Positions 36,094 to 46,493 of a stretch of 64,000 bases of DNA are shown here, piece after piece. The notes under the pieces were generated by a model. It had not been told where the DNA came from, did not search any database, and saw nothing but the letters and a program-made list of their open reading frames with translations. Each line of letters starts with the position of its first letter. Position 1 is the first letter of the stretch. Source of the DNA: Candidatus Omnitrophota bacterium. GTDB taxonomy: Bacteria > Omnitrophota > Gorgyraeia > Duberdicusellales > 4484-171. Made by a program: the position numbers and the translations under genes. The stretch covers positions 1,035,679 to 1,099,678 of the forward strand of contig CP070684.1 of assembly GCA_020352775.1 (NCBI GenBank), read 5' to 3'.

Positions 36094-37332
36094 ATGGCAA
36101 AAATCTATATTATCGATGTAACTAATAGGGACGGCGTTCAGACTTCCCGCATTTGTCTTTCAAAGCTACAGAAGACAATAATCAATACTTTGCTTGATAA
36201 AATGGGAGTTTTTCAGAGCGAATTCGGTTTTCCCACTACCAATCATGAGATTAATTATCTTAATGCTAATTTAGAGCTTGCTAAGAAAAAGGTTATAAAG
36301 CATATGCGTCTTTCGGGATGGGTGCGCGCAATAAAGTCCGATGTTGAGACCGCATTTAAAAATGTTCCTAACATAAAATTCCTTAATCTTTCTATTTCAA
36401 CTAGTGATCAGATGATTAAGCACAAGTTTCAGGGAAAAATTGACTACAAAGGCGTAATTAAAAGCATGACTGAGGCGGTTAAAACCGCAAAAAAACTAGG
36501 CGCAAGAGCAGTAGGGGTAAACGCCGAAGATGCTTCTCGTTCCCGTCTTGAGTATTTGACTGAATTTGCTCGGGCTGCTAAAGATGTTGGGGCAGACAGG
36601 TTTCGTTATTGTGATACACTGGGTTTTGAGACTCCTTTTTCAATTTATGAAAGGATTTCTGCAATTTTAGAGAAAGTAAAGATTGCTACTGAAATTCATT
36701 GCCATAATGATTTGGGTTTGGTGATTGCCAGCTCAATTGCCGGCGCAAAGGCCGCGCTTGATAACGGGGTTGATGCCTACATCAATACTTGTATCAACGG
36801 AATGGGCGAGCGTGCCGGAAATGCCGATTTAGTGAGTGTGATTTTGGCAGTAAAATATGGAAGTGGAATGCAAAAGTATAAACTTGATGAGAAAATAGAT
36901 TTAAAAATGGCATGGAAGATATGTAAATATGCTTCCTATGCTTTTGGTATCCCTATTCCAATTAATCATCCTGGAGTAGGAGCTAATGCCTTTGCGCATG
37001 AATCAGGGATTCACGCTGACGGAGCCCTTAAAAACAGGCGCAATTATGAGCTTTACGACTATGAAGAACTGGGGAGAGGAGAGCCAGAGCTCGTTGACAC
37101 CGGAAGAAATATTACGGTGGGAGAATATTCCGGGATAAAAGGATTTAGGAATGTCTATGAGCGGCTGGAGGTAAAATTTAAAGATGAAAACCAAGCCCGT
37201 GAAATCTTAGAGCTTGCACGATACGCTAATGTTCATAACCAAAAGCCTCTGGTTGAAGATGAGCTAAAATTTGTGGCAACTCACCCTGATATTGCAAAGA
37301 AGATTTTTTCCATGATTCCTGACGCAAAGTAA
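36094..37332 (+). CDS. HMGL-like (DRE-TIM metallolyase) family protein: homocitrate/citramalate/isopropylmalate synthase-like
   Basis: IYIIDVTNRDGVQTS… (DxTxRDG), HCHNDLGL…, and an LeuA-like C-terminal region. Substrate specificity not assignable. Confidence 0.6.
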   Translation: MAKIYIIDVTNRDGVQTSRICLSKLQKTIINTLLDKMGVFQSEFGFPTTNHEINYLNANLELAKKKVIKHMRLSGWVRAIKSDVETAFKNVPNIKFLNLSISTSDQMIKHKFQGKIDYKGVIKSMTEAVKTAKKLGARAVGVNAEDASRSRLEYLTEFARAAKDVGADRFRYCDTLGFETPFSIYERISAILEKVKIATEIHCHNDLGLVIASSIAGAKAALDNGVDAYINTCINGMGERAGNADLVSVILAVKYGSGMQKYKLDEKIDLKMAWKICKYASYAFGIPIPINHPGVGANAFAHESGIHADGALKNRRNYELYDYEELGRGEPELVDTGRNITVGEYSGIKGFRNVYERLEVKFKDENQAREILELARYANVHNQKPLVEDELKFVATHPDIAKKIFSMIPDAK

Positions 37333-37340
37333 AAGAGTAA

Positions 37341-38602
<1,262 letters not shown>

Positions 38603-38603
<1 letters not shown>

Positions 38604-40702
38604 TGGCAATCGCAGTAGTAATCAGTATCGTCATCGTGTGTGCGCTTATTTCAATCGGGTTTGCTTTCGGTCTCATTAAATGGTTATTTAGTAAAGATGA
38701 AGGAACTGAGAAAATGAAAGAGATATCCTCTTTTATCCAAGAGGGAGCATGGGGGTATCTACGTCAGCAATATAAAGTGGTGGCAATCTTTTTTACAGTC
38801 ATGTTTGCGATCTTATTGTTCATGGCTTTTAAGGGATTGCTGGTTATTTTTGTACCGTTTGCGTTTCTTACCGGCGGATTTTGGTCTGCGCTTTGCGGCT
38901 GGATCGGGATGTTTGTTGCTACCCGTTCCAATGCCCGCACTACTTTTGCGGCTAAATCAAGTTTAAACCAGGGATTAAAAACCGCTCTTGGTGCTGGGAC
39001 GGTAATGGGTCTTATGGTGGTAGGATTAGGGTTGTTAGATTTAGCAGTGTGGTTTGTTATTCTTAAATGGTGGTATAGTTTTAATCCCCTTCCCGCTGGA
39101 TTTGATGAGTTCACTGCTATTACTTCAACTATGCTTTGTTTTGGCATGGGTGCTTCAAGTTATGCTCTCTTTGCCCGCGTGGGCGGAGGGATTTATACCA
39201 AGGCTGCTGATGTGGGAGCGGATTTGGTAGGAAAAGTAGAAGCAGGGATTCCTGAGGATGACCCCCGAAATCCTGCAGTTATTGCGGATCTGGTAGGGGA
39301 TAATGTAGGCGATGTTGCCGGAATGGGAGCAGACTTGTATGAATCCTACGTGGATTCTATTGTTGCTACCATGGCCTTGGCTGCCACTGCTGGATTAGGC
39401 CTTAGGGGTGTATCTTTACCGATGATTATCGCCGCCTCAGGTGTAATTGCATCTATTATTGGATTTTTCATGGTAAGGACAAAGAGTGAGAAGCAGCGAG
39501 ATTTAATTAACGCCTTAAGAAGAGGAGTGTTTTCTGCCGCAGTACTTATTGTGCTTGGTTCGGCAGTAATAATAAATTTCTTTTTAGGCCCTCAGTATTG
39601 GGGGGTGTGGTGGTCGATTGTCTGCGGATTATTAGCAGGAGTGTTATTGGGTGTTTCCACTGAATATTTTACTTCGGCCTCTTTCCCTCCTGCCAAAAAA
39701 CTCTCTACCAGCGCCCTTACGGGGCCAGCTACAGTAATTATTAGCGGAATGTCTTTGGGGATGCTTTCTACAGTAATACCGGTTATTCTTATTTGTTCGG
39801 CGGTATTTTTTAGTTTCTTTTTCTCCGGCGGCTTTGCTAATTATGGTATGGGACTTTATGGAATAGGCATTGCTGCGGTAGGCCTTCTTTCTACTTTAGG
39901 TATTACCCTTGCCTCCGATGCTTATGGTCCGGTAGCTGATAATGCCGGTGGAGTAGCAGAGATGTCGGATTTATCCAAGGATGTAAGAAATAGAACTGAT
40001 CAGCTGGATATGTTAGGTAATACTACTGCTGCAACCGGCAAAGGTTTTGCGATTGGTAGCGCAGCATTAACTGCCCTGGCGCTAATAGTTGCTTTTAAGG
40101 AAAGAGTAGATATTTTAGGTAAGCCTCTAGTATTGTCTTTGCTTGATATAAGGCTTATTTTAGGATTATTTTTGGGAGGGCTTATGCCCTTTATTTTCTG
40201 TGCCCTTACTTTACGTGCAGTGGGCCAAGCTGCAGAGTTTATCGTGCAAGAGGTAAGGCGACAATTCAGAGAGATTGTGGGATTATTGGAGGGAAAAGCA
40301 AAGGCAGACTATACTACCTGTGTTACCATTACTACCCAGGCGGCACAGAAAAAGATGATTGCCCCAGCGTTATTGGCAATAATTGCACCCATTGCAGTGG
40401 GCATACTTTTGGGCGCTGAAGCAGTAGCAGGGCTTTTAGTAGGCTCGCTTATTTCAGGATTTGTTTTAGCAGTAATGATGGCAAATTCAGGCGGCGCCTG
40501 GGATAACGCCAAAAAATACATCGAGGAAGGAAATTACGGGGGCAAAGGTTCAGATGCGCACAAAGCAGCGGTAGTAGGAGACACGGTAGGAGATCCTTTT
40601 AAGGATACCGCAGGGCCATCGCTTAATATCCTTCTTAAGCTGATGTCAATGGTAGCGATTACCTTTACGCAGTTTATTATTACCTATTCAATCGTTAAAT
40701 AA
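38603..40702 (+). CDS. hppA: membrane-bound proton/sodium-translocating pyrophosphatase
   Basis: 699 aa, polytopic. GGGIYTKAADVGADLVGKVE…DNVGDVAGMGADL…DNAGG…GDTVGDPFKDT. Confidence 0.9.
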
Positions 40703-40776
40703 GCCGGGAAAAGACTTTTTAATCCTGCCTAAGCAGCTTCTTTATGTACTTTAGGATTCTGGTATAATAGAGAGGT

Positions 40777-41124
40777 ATGTCTAAAGATTTTGCTAGCTAT
40801 CTTCAAAAGAAAGAAGAAGAATGGGAGGATTTATGTATCCGCTGCGGGGGTTGCTGTGGCGCATTTGACGACCCCTGTAAGCATCTAAAGCTGGATACAA
40901 AAGGCCTTTATCGCTGTGAGATTTACCAAAACCGTTTTGGAACCAGAGAGACTGTGGGAGGGGAGAAATTTGACTGTGTGTTGGTAAAAGAGATTCTTGA
41001 TACTCCCTGGCCCAATGATTACCTTTGTGTATATAAAAAAATGCGCAAAATGCCGTGGATAGTGTTTTCAGGAGGAAAAACCACTCATCCTAAGGAGAGT
41101 TTAAAGCAAGATGAATATAGGTAA
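40777..41124 (+). CDS. YkgJ/UPF0153-type Cys-rich putative Fe-S/zinc-chelating protein
   Basis: CIRCGGCCG…C…C motif. An extended -10 (TGgTATAAT, 40760–40768) ends ~8 nt before the ATG, suggesting a leaderless or near-leaderless transcript. Confidence 0.55.
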   Translation: MSKDFASYLQKKEEEWEDLCIRCGGCCGAFDDPCKHLKLDTKGLYRCEIYQNRFGTRETVGGEKFDCVLVKEILDTPWPNDYLCVYKKMRKMPWIVFSGGKTTHPKESLKQDEYR

Positions 41125-42283
41125 GGAGGTGCTGATAAAGGGAGTTAATTTGGGGGGATGGCTTTTAATGGAGGGCTATATTTTGGGTGGCCCTAATACT
41201 CCCGAGCAAGTATTTAAAAAAAGATTTGCCAAAGTTTGTGGTCAAAGGGCATTGGGGGAATTTGAGCGTATTTTTAGAGATAATTTTATAAGGGAAGAAG
41301 ATTTTAAAATAATCGCGCACATCGGTGCAAATACTGTAAGAGTGCCTTTTAACTTTCGCTTGATAGAGAAAGCCCCCTTTTGTTATTCAAATACAGGGCT
41401 TTTGTATTTAGAGCGAGCGCTTAATTGGGCAGAAAAATATAATTTAAAAGTAATACTTGATTTGCACGCTGCTCCCGGAGCGCAAAATTGTGATTGGCAT
41501 GGTGATAGTGCAGGACGAGCTCTTTTATGGGAAAGACGCAGCTACCAAGATAGGACTTATGTCTTGTGGGAAAAAATTGTGGATAGATTTAAAGATAAGA
41601 GTGCGCTCTTAGGATATGATATATTAAATGAGCCGGTTTTAGGTAAAAAAAGTACCACTATTCTAAAGAGGTTTTATAAAGAGGCTATAAAGCGCATCAG
41701 AGCAATTGATAAAAATCATCTTATATTTATTGAGGGAGATAATTGGGCGCAACGTATTGACTTCTTGAAGGATTTAATAGCTGATAAGATTTCAGTAAGT
41801 ACCCATACTTATCAGCCTTTAAGCTATGCCTTTAATTTTACTCCTTTTTTAAAATTTCCCGGCAGGATTGACGGCGTATTGTGGGATGAGGGCCGTATTT
41901 ATAGGTATCTTGAGCATTATTATAAGTTTTCCTCTAAATATAAAGTACGTATCTTTGTGGGTGAGTTCGGTATAAACTGGCGGGGTGGATTTTGGGGAGA
42001 ATTGAATTGGATCAAAGCTATACTTAAAGCATTTAAAGACTTTGGCTTCGATTATACCTACTGGACCTATAAGGCCGTAGCCCAAAACTGTTTTCCTGAC
42101 GGGCTTTATCAATATATTTCTGATAGTGAGTATATTAATCGCCCCGGGCCAGAATATGGCTGGGATAATTATTTTTCTTTATGGGGCAATAAAAAACAAG
42201 GGTTGGCTCAGTTTTTACGTACAAAGAATTGTACGCCCAATAAGAAAATAATCAGCGTTTTAAGAAACTCTTTTAATCATTAA
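41111..42283 (+). CDS. glycoside hydrolase family 5 (cellulase/beta-mannanase-like), no signal peptide
   Basis: GVNLGGWLLMEGYI…, VRVPFNF…ILDLHAAPGAQN…, and the catalytic ILNEP. Overlaps the upstream ORF by 14 nt. Confidence 0.7.
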   Translation: MNIGKEVLIKGVNLGGWLLMEGYILGGPNTPEQVFKKRFAKVCGQRALGEFERIFRDNFIREEDFKIIAHIGANTVRVPFNFRLIEKAPFCYSNTGLLYLERALNWAEKYNLKVILDLHAAPGAQNCDWHGDSAGRALLWERRSYQDRTYVLWEKIVDRFKDKSALLGYDILNEPVLGKKSTTILKRFYKEAIKRIRAIDKNHLIFIEGDNWAQRIDFLKDLIADKISVSTHTYQPLSYAFNFTPFLKFPGRIDGVLWDEGRIYRYLEHYYKFSSKYKVRIFVGEFGINWRGGFWGELNWIKAILKAFKDFGFDYTYWTYKAVAQNCFPDGLYQYISDSEYINRPGPEYGWDNYFSLWGNKKQGLAQFLRTKNCTPNKKIISVLRNSFNH

Positions 42284-42296
42284 AAATGGAGGTAAG

Positions 42297-42932
42297 ATGA
42301 AAGCGGTTGTGCCAGCATTGCTTACTGACAAGAGAGAGAAGTTTGTTGAAATGCTAGAAGTTTGCAGGAGCTTTACTGATTATGTACAGGTTGATATTAT
42401 GGATGGAGAGTTTGTGCCTTCGCGCAGCATCTTAGCACAGGATTTAAAAGGGCTAAACCCTAATTTAAGGAGCGAAGCGCACCTTATGGTAATAAATCCC
42501 TTGGATTGGTTGGATACTTTTAAAAGTTTTGGAGCAAGCCGTATTATTTATCATTTTGAAATTGAAGCTGATCATTTCAAGATAATCAATGAGATTAAGA
42601 ATAAAGGATTTGAGGCTGGTATTGCAATAAATCCTTCTACTGAAATTAAAGACTTTGAGTTTCTTCTTGATAAGGTAAGTGTAGTGCTTTTTTTGTCGGT
42701 AAATCCCGGTTTCTATGGCGCCCCCTTTATTCCCCAAGTTCTAGATAAGATAAAGGCATTTAAAAAATTATATCCCAATAAACTTGCTGGAATTGACGGC
42801 GGGGTAAAGCTAACCAATGCAGAAGCTGTAAGCAAAAGTGGTGTGGATTATGTATGTGTGGGTAGTGCTTTAATGCAGGCACAAGACCCGCAAATAGCCT
42901 ATAAGGAATTATTAAAAAAAGTAAATGGTTAG
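42297..42932 (+). CDS. rpe: ribulose-phosphate 3-epimerase
   Basis: VPALLTDKREKFVEMLE…VQVDIMDGEFVP…HLMV…, 211 aa. Confidence 0.8.
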   Translation: MKAVVPALLTDKREKFVEMLEVCRSFTDYVQVDIMDGEFVPSRSILAQDLKGLNPNLRSEAHLMVINPLDWLDTFKSFGASRIIYHFEIEADHFKIINEIKNKGFEAGIAINPSTEIKDFEFLLDKVSVVLFLSVNPGFYGAPFIPQVLDKIKAFKKLYPNKLAGIDGGVKLTNAEAVSKSGVDYVCVGSALMQAQDPQIAYKELLKKVNG

Positions 42933-43719
42933 GACAGTACGGATAATATTTTTTGCGGTTATAATTCTTACCCCTCTTATTCTTTATAAATCTTTTGAAA
43001 AGAAAGAAAGGGGTAGGGGTGATTCATCTGTGTTACACTCTGTTCAGTCGCAGAAACCAAAAATCGCACTGATTTTTGATGATTTAGGGAAATACCTTGA
43101 GGAGTTAAAAGAAGTTCATTCTTTAGATATTCCTTTGACTGTTTCGATACTTCCGGGATTGAAATTCTCAAAGAACGTCTCTCATATCTCTTCCCGTTGT
43201 GGCTATTCGGTTTTTATTCACCTACCCTTAGAGCCGAGAAGTAAGGATAATTATCAGCCTGCCAAGCTTAAATTCATAAGTGAATCTCTAAGCAGAAAAG
43301 AAATCGACTCACTTCTGCGTTATTATCTTAACTATATGCGTATTGCTATCGGAGTTAATAATCACATGGGTTCAAAGGCTACTGAGGATGAGGAGTTAAT
43401 GAAGGTGGTAATGAGGGAGATAAAAAGAAAGGATTTGATTTTTATCGATAGCCGCACTTCACAAAAGTCAGTTGCCTACAGAATTGCCAAAGAAGAAGGT
43501 GTGCGCTGCGGTTATAATGAGGGATTTTTGGATGCAGTTGATGATCTAAAAACAATAGAGGCGAAACTAGCGGTTTTGGTCGAGAAAGCAAAAGAGAAGG
43601 GTAAGATTATTGTTATTGCTCATCCCAGAAAAAATACCCTAAAAGTGCTTAGAAAGAAATTACCCGAATTAAGAGACGAGGTAGTATTTGTTACTATCAA
43701 AGATTATTTCGGGCTCTAA
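42925..43719 (+). CDS. divergent polysaccharide deacetylase (YibQ/DUF610-like)
   Basis: N-terminal TM, then IALIFDDLG…LTVSILPG… and a later HPR…. Confidence 0.6.
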   Translation: MVRTVRIIFFAVIILTPLILYKSFEKKERGRGDSSVLHSVQSQKPKIALIFDDLGKYLEELKEVHSLDIPLTVSILPGLKFSKNVSHISSRCGYSVFIHLPLEPRSKDNYQPAKLKFISESLSRKEIDSLLRYYLNYMRIAIGVNNHMGSKATEDEELMKVVMREIKRKDLIFIDSRTSQKSVAYRIAKEEGVRCGYNEGFLDAVDDLKTIEAKLAVLVEKAKEKGKIIVIAHPRKNTLKVLRKKLPELRDEVVFVTIKDYFGL

Positions 43720-43725
43720 ATTGTT

Positions 43726-44256
43726 ATGAAGAAAGTTTTATTACACATTTGTTGCGGGGTGTGCGCGTTTGCTTCTATTGGGCGATTAAAAAAAGAAGGG
43801 TTTTATGTAGAAGGTTTTTTCTTTAATCCCAACATTCATCCCGCCGGTGAATATATAAAAAGAAAAAAAGTCGCAGTCGAGGTCAGTAGGCTCTGCAATA
43901 CAAAAATAATTATGGGAGAATACAGGGCGGATGATTGGTTTAAAGAGTGCCGGGCGCTAAGTGATGAGTGTGAGGGCGCAAGACGCTGCTTGGTTTGTTA
44001 TCGATTGCGCCTTAAAAGGACCTTTGATACTTGCGTTGATAAAGAATTTGATTATTTCACTACCACCTTAACAATAAGTCCTCATAAAAACAGCGAACAA
44101 ATACTTGAAATTGGCAAACGCCTGGGAAAAGATAAGTTTCTTTCTCTTGATTTTAAAAAAGAAGACGGGTTTAAAAACACTATGGAATTGGCTAAAAAGC
44201 ACAACTTTTATCGTCAGAATTACTGTGGTTGTGTCTACAGCACAAAGAAAACATAA
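43726..44256 (+). CDS. queH: epoxyqueuosine reductase QueH (DUF208)
   Basis: KVLLHICCGVCA… plus downstream CxxC (RRCLVCYRLR) and NYCGC. Confidence 0.7.
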   Translation: MKKVLLHICCGVCAFASIGRLKKEGFYVEGFFFNPNIHPAGEYIKRKKVAVEVSRLCNTKIIMGEYRADDWFKECRALSDECEGARRCLVCYRLRLKRTFDTCVDKEFDYFTTTLTISPHKNSEQILEIGKRLGKDKFLSLDFKKEDGFKNTMELAKKHNFYRQNYCGCVYSTKKT

Positions 44257-45206
44257 TGAAGGATAGGTTTTATTCATTCAACAACTATCTTAAGAAGATG
44301 TTTGGCGAGCGCATCCATCGCTTAAGTCTTGACGCCGGCTTTAGCTGCCCTAATTTAGATGCAACATTAAGTAGTCAAGGCTGTATTTACTGTAATAATA
44401 GAGGGTTTTCCAGATTCGCCTATACAAATAGCGCGCTTGAATCTCAGATCGAGGAATCTATAGAATTTTATAATCAACGTTACGGGGTTAAGAAATTTAT
44501 TGCTTATTTTCAGGCGTTTACCAATACCTATGCCAGTTTAGAGGAGTTGAGCAAAGCTTATGAAGTGATTAAAAAATATCCTGAAATTGTGGGCTTAACC
44601 ATATCTACCAGACCGGATTGTGTTGATGAAGAAAAGATAAAGTTAATTTCTCAATATACCAAAGACTATTTAGTGTGGATAGAGTATGGGTTGCAAACTA
44701 CACATAACCACCTTTTAGAAAATATAAATCGCAATCACACTTATGAGGATTTCTTAAAAGCGTTTAGGCTCACACGTAATTATGGGATAAACGTCGGTGT
44801 GCATCTTATCCTGGGTCTTCCTTCTCAAAATCATAATCAGATACTGGAGGATGCTAAAGAGTTAGCTTCGCTTGATATTCAGGGAATAAAGTTTCATGTT
44901 TTTCATGTATTAAAAGACACCCCTTTAGAGAAAATGTATGAGCAAAAAAGAGTAAACCTTTTGGATAAAGAGGAGTATGTCAAAATAGTATGTGACTTTT
45001 TGGAAAGAATCCCGCGATTCTTTGTAATATTAAGATTAGTTTCTGATGCTTCAGATAAATATCTAGTGGCGCCTTCATGGATAAATCGAAAACAGGAAGT
45101 AATCGAGGCTATAAAAAAAGAACTGGAGAAAAGAGAAACATTCCAGGGTTATCGTTTAACGGATTCAATGAAGACACATGAAAGCACTGGTTGTAAGAGT
45201 AAATAA
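44256..45206 (+). CDS. TIGR01212-family radical SAM protein
   Basis: FSCPNLDATLSSQGCIYCNN. Start taken as ATG 44256 overlapping the queH TAA (TAATG). The track start 44229 is an alternative. Confidence 0.7.
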   Translation: MKDRFYSFNNYLKKMFGERIHRLSLDAGFSCPNLDATLSSQGCIYCNNRGFSRFAYTNSALESQIEESIEFYNQRYGVKKFIAYFQAFTNTYASLEELSKAYEVIKKYPEIVGLTISTRPDCVDEEKIKLISQYTKDYLVWIEYGLQTTHNHLLENINRNHTYEDFLKAFRLTRNYGINVGVHLILGLPSQNHNQILEDAKELASLDIQGIKFHVFHVLKDTPLEKMYEQKRVNLLDKEEYVKIVCDFLERIPRFFVILRLVSDASDKYLVAPSWINRKQEVIEAIKKELEKRETFQGYRLTDSMKTHESTGCKSK

Positions 45207-45624
45207 GGGTAAGGTTTTAGCGGAAAGGGAAACTCTCTCATCCATTGAAAAAGGAATTGCTCTTTTTGCAGGGATAGAAAAAGGAGATAGCCCGGCTAAC
45301 TTAGAAGAGATTGCGCAAAAGGTTGTAAATTTAAGGATTTTTGAGAATGAAGAAGGCAAAATGCACTTTTCGGTAAAGGATAAAAATTATCAAATCTTGT
45401 GCATTTCTAATTTTACTCTTTGCGCTAACACTGATAAGGGCCGACGCCCTTCTTTTGAAAAATCAATGCCTAAGGAAGCGGCAGATAAAATGTTTGCGGA
45501 CTTTTTACTTCTCCTAAGATCCAGAAACCTAGACGTAAAGGGTGGGGTGTTTGGGGCTCATATGGATATCCAGCTTGAACTGGATGGACCGGTAAATATC
45601 ATTTTAGAATCAAAGAAACCTTAA
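45178..45624 (+). CDS. dtd: D-aminoacyl-tRNA deacylase
   Basis: MKALVVRV…ISNFTLCANTDKGRRPSF…ELDGPVNIIL (SQFTL and NDGPVT signature positions). Confidence 0.8.
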   Translation: MKALVVRVNKGKVLAERETLSSIEKGIALFAGIEKGDSPANLEEIAQKVVNLRIFENEEGKMHFSVKDKNYQILCISNFTLCANTDKGRRPSFEKSMPKEAADKMFADFLLLLRSRNLDVKGGVFGAHMDIQLELDGPVNIILESKKP

Positions 45625-45630
45625 TTTGTT

Positions 45631-46380
45631 ATGTATCCGGTTTTGTTTAGAATAGGTCCGTTGACTATTTATACTTATGGTTTTTTTGCATTTTTGGGCA
45701 TAGTTTTCGGGTATTTGGTATGCGCCAAAGAAGCAAAGCGTAAGCAAATAGCAAGGGATACTTTTTCTAATATCATTTTTTGGACGATTGTTTTTGGTTT
45801 TGTCGGCGCCCGTTTTCTTTACGTTGCAATAGAATTTAAGCAGTTCTTACAACACCCTTTAGCTGTTCTTTTTGGACGCAGTGGATTTGTATTTTATGGC
45901 GGTATTCTTTCGGGCTTTGTTGCACTCATCTTTTTGACCAGAAAATACAGTATAAGTTTCGCAAAGTTTGGCGATGTTATTGCTTTAGGTATTCCTCTTG
46001 GCCATGCCTTTGGAAGATTAGGGTGTTTTTTTTACGGTTGCTGCTATGGAAGGTCTACTGATTCCTGGATAGGAGTATTATTTCCTCCTGGAAGTCCTGC
46101 TGGCGCATTAAGGGTTAAAGTTATTCCTACTCAGTTGATTTCAGCATTTTTCTTGTTATTGTTGTTTAGTTTCCTTATGATCTATCGCACTAGGAGTAAA
46201 TTCGAAGGACAGGTGGGTATTTATTATCTTTTATTCTATGGGGTTTTTCGGTTTATTATTGAGTTCTTTAGAGCAGATCCTCGCGGGCGCCTAGGGCCTT
46301 TTTCTACGTCTCAGATTATAGCTTTGTTTTTGATCGTGGTAGGAATCTTTTTGTGGCGGCGCTGGAGAAGTGCAGCTTGA
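45631..46380 (+). CDS. lgt: prolipoprotein diacylglyceryl transferase
   Basis: 249 aa, polytopic. GPLTIYTYGFFAFLGIVFGY…, G..LGGILG-like GGILSGFVALIF, and H-containing LGHAFGRLGCFFYGCCYG. Confidence 0.8.
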   Translation: MYPVLFRIGPLTIYTYGFFAFLGIVFGYLVCAKEAKRKQIARDTFSNIIFWTIVFGFVGARFLYVAIEFKQFLQHPLAVLFGRSGFVFYGGILSGFVALIFLTRKYSISFAKFGDVIALGIPLGHAFGRLGCFFYGCCYGRSTDSWIGVLFPPGSPAGALRVKVIPTQLISAFFLLLLFSFLMIYRTRSKFEGQVGIYYLLFYGVFRFIIEFFRADPRGRLGPFSTSQIIALFLIVVGIFLWRRWRSAA

Positions 46381-46448
46381 TGCTTCGACTTCGTTTATCC
46401 CGAGCGAAGCGCGGGGCTCAGCATCAACCCTGAGCGTAGTCGAATGGG

Positions 46449-46476
46449 TTGATACTTCTAGGATTTAGCGTATAAT
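46449..46476 (+). promoter_or_regulatory. sigma70-type promoter TTGATA-16-TATAAT upstream of nadE
   Basis: Read directly: -35 46449–46454, -10 46471–46476. AGGA RBS at ~46487. The nadE ATG is 46503. Confidence 0.45.
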
Positions 46477-46493
46477 ACCTATCTTAAGGAAAA

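Noticed and set aside
38764-39147. 127-aa minus-strand ORF inside hppA, plus similar antisense ORFs at 7025–7342, 12249–12548, 13649–13978, 14530–14802, 25104–25490, 30513–30866 and 57434–57832
   Set aside because: Each is fully embedded antisense in a confidently assigned + strand gene. None has an RBS or a recognisable motif.
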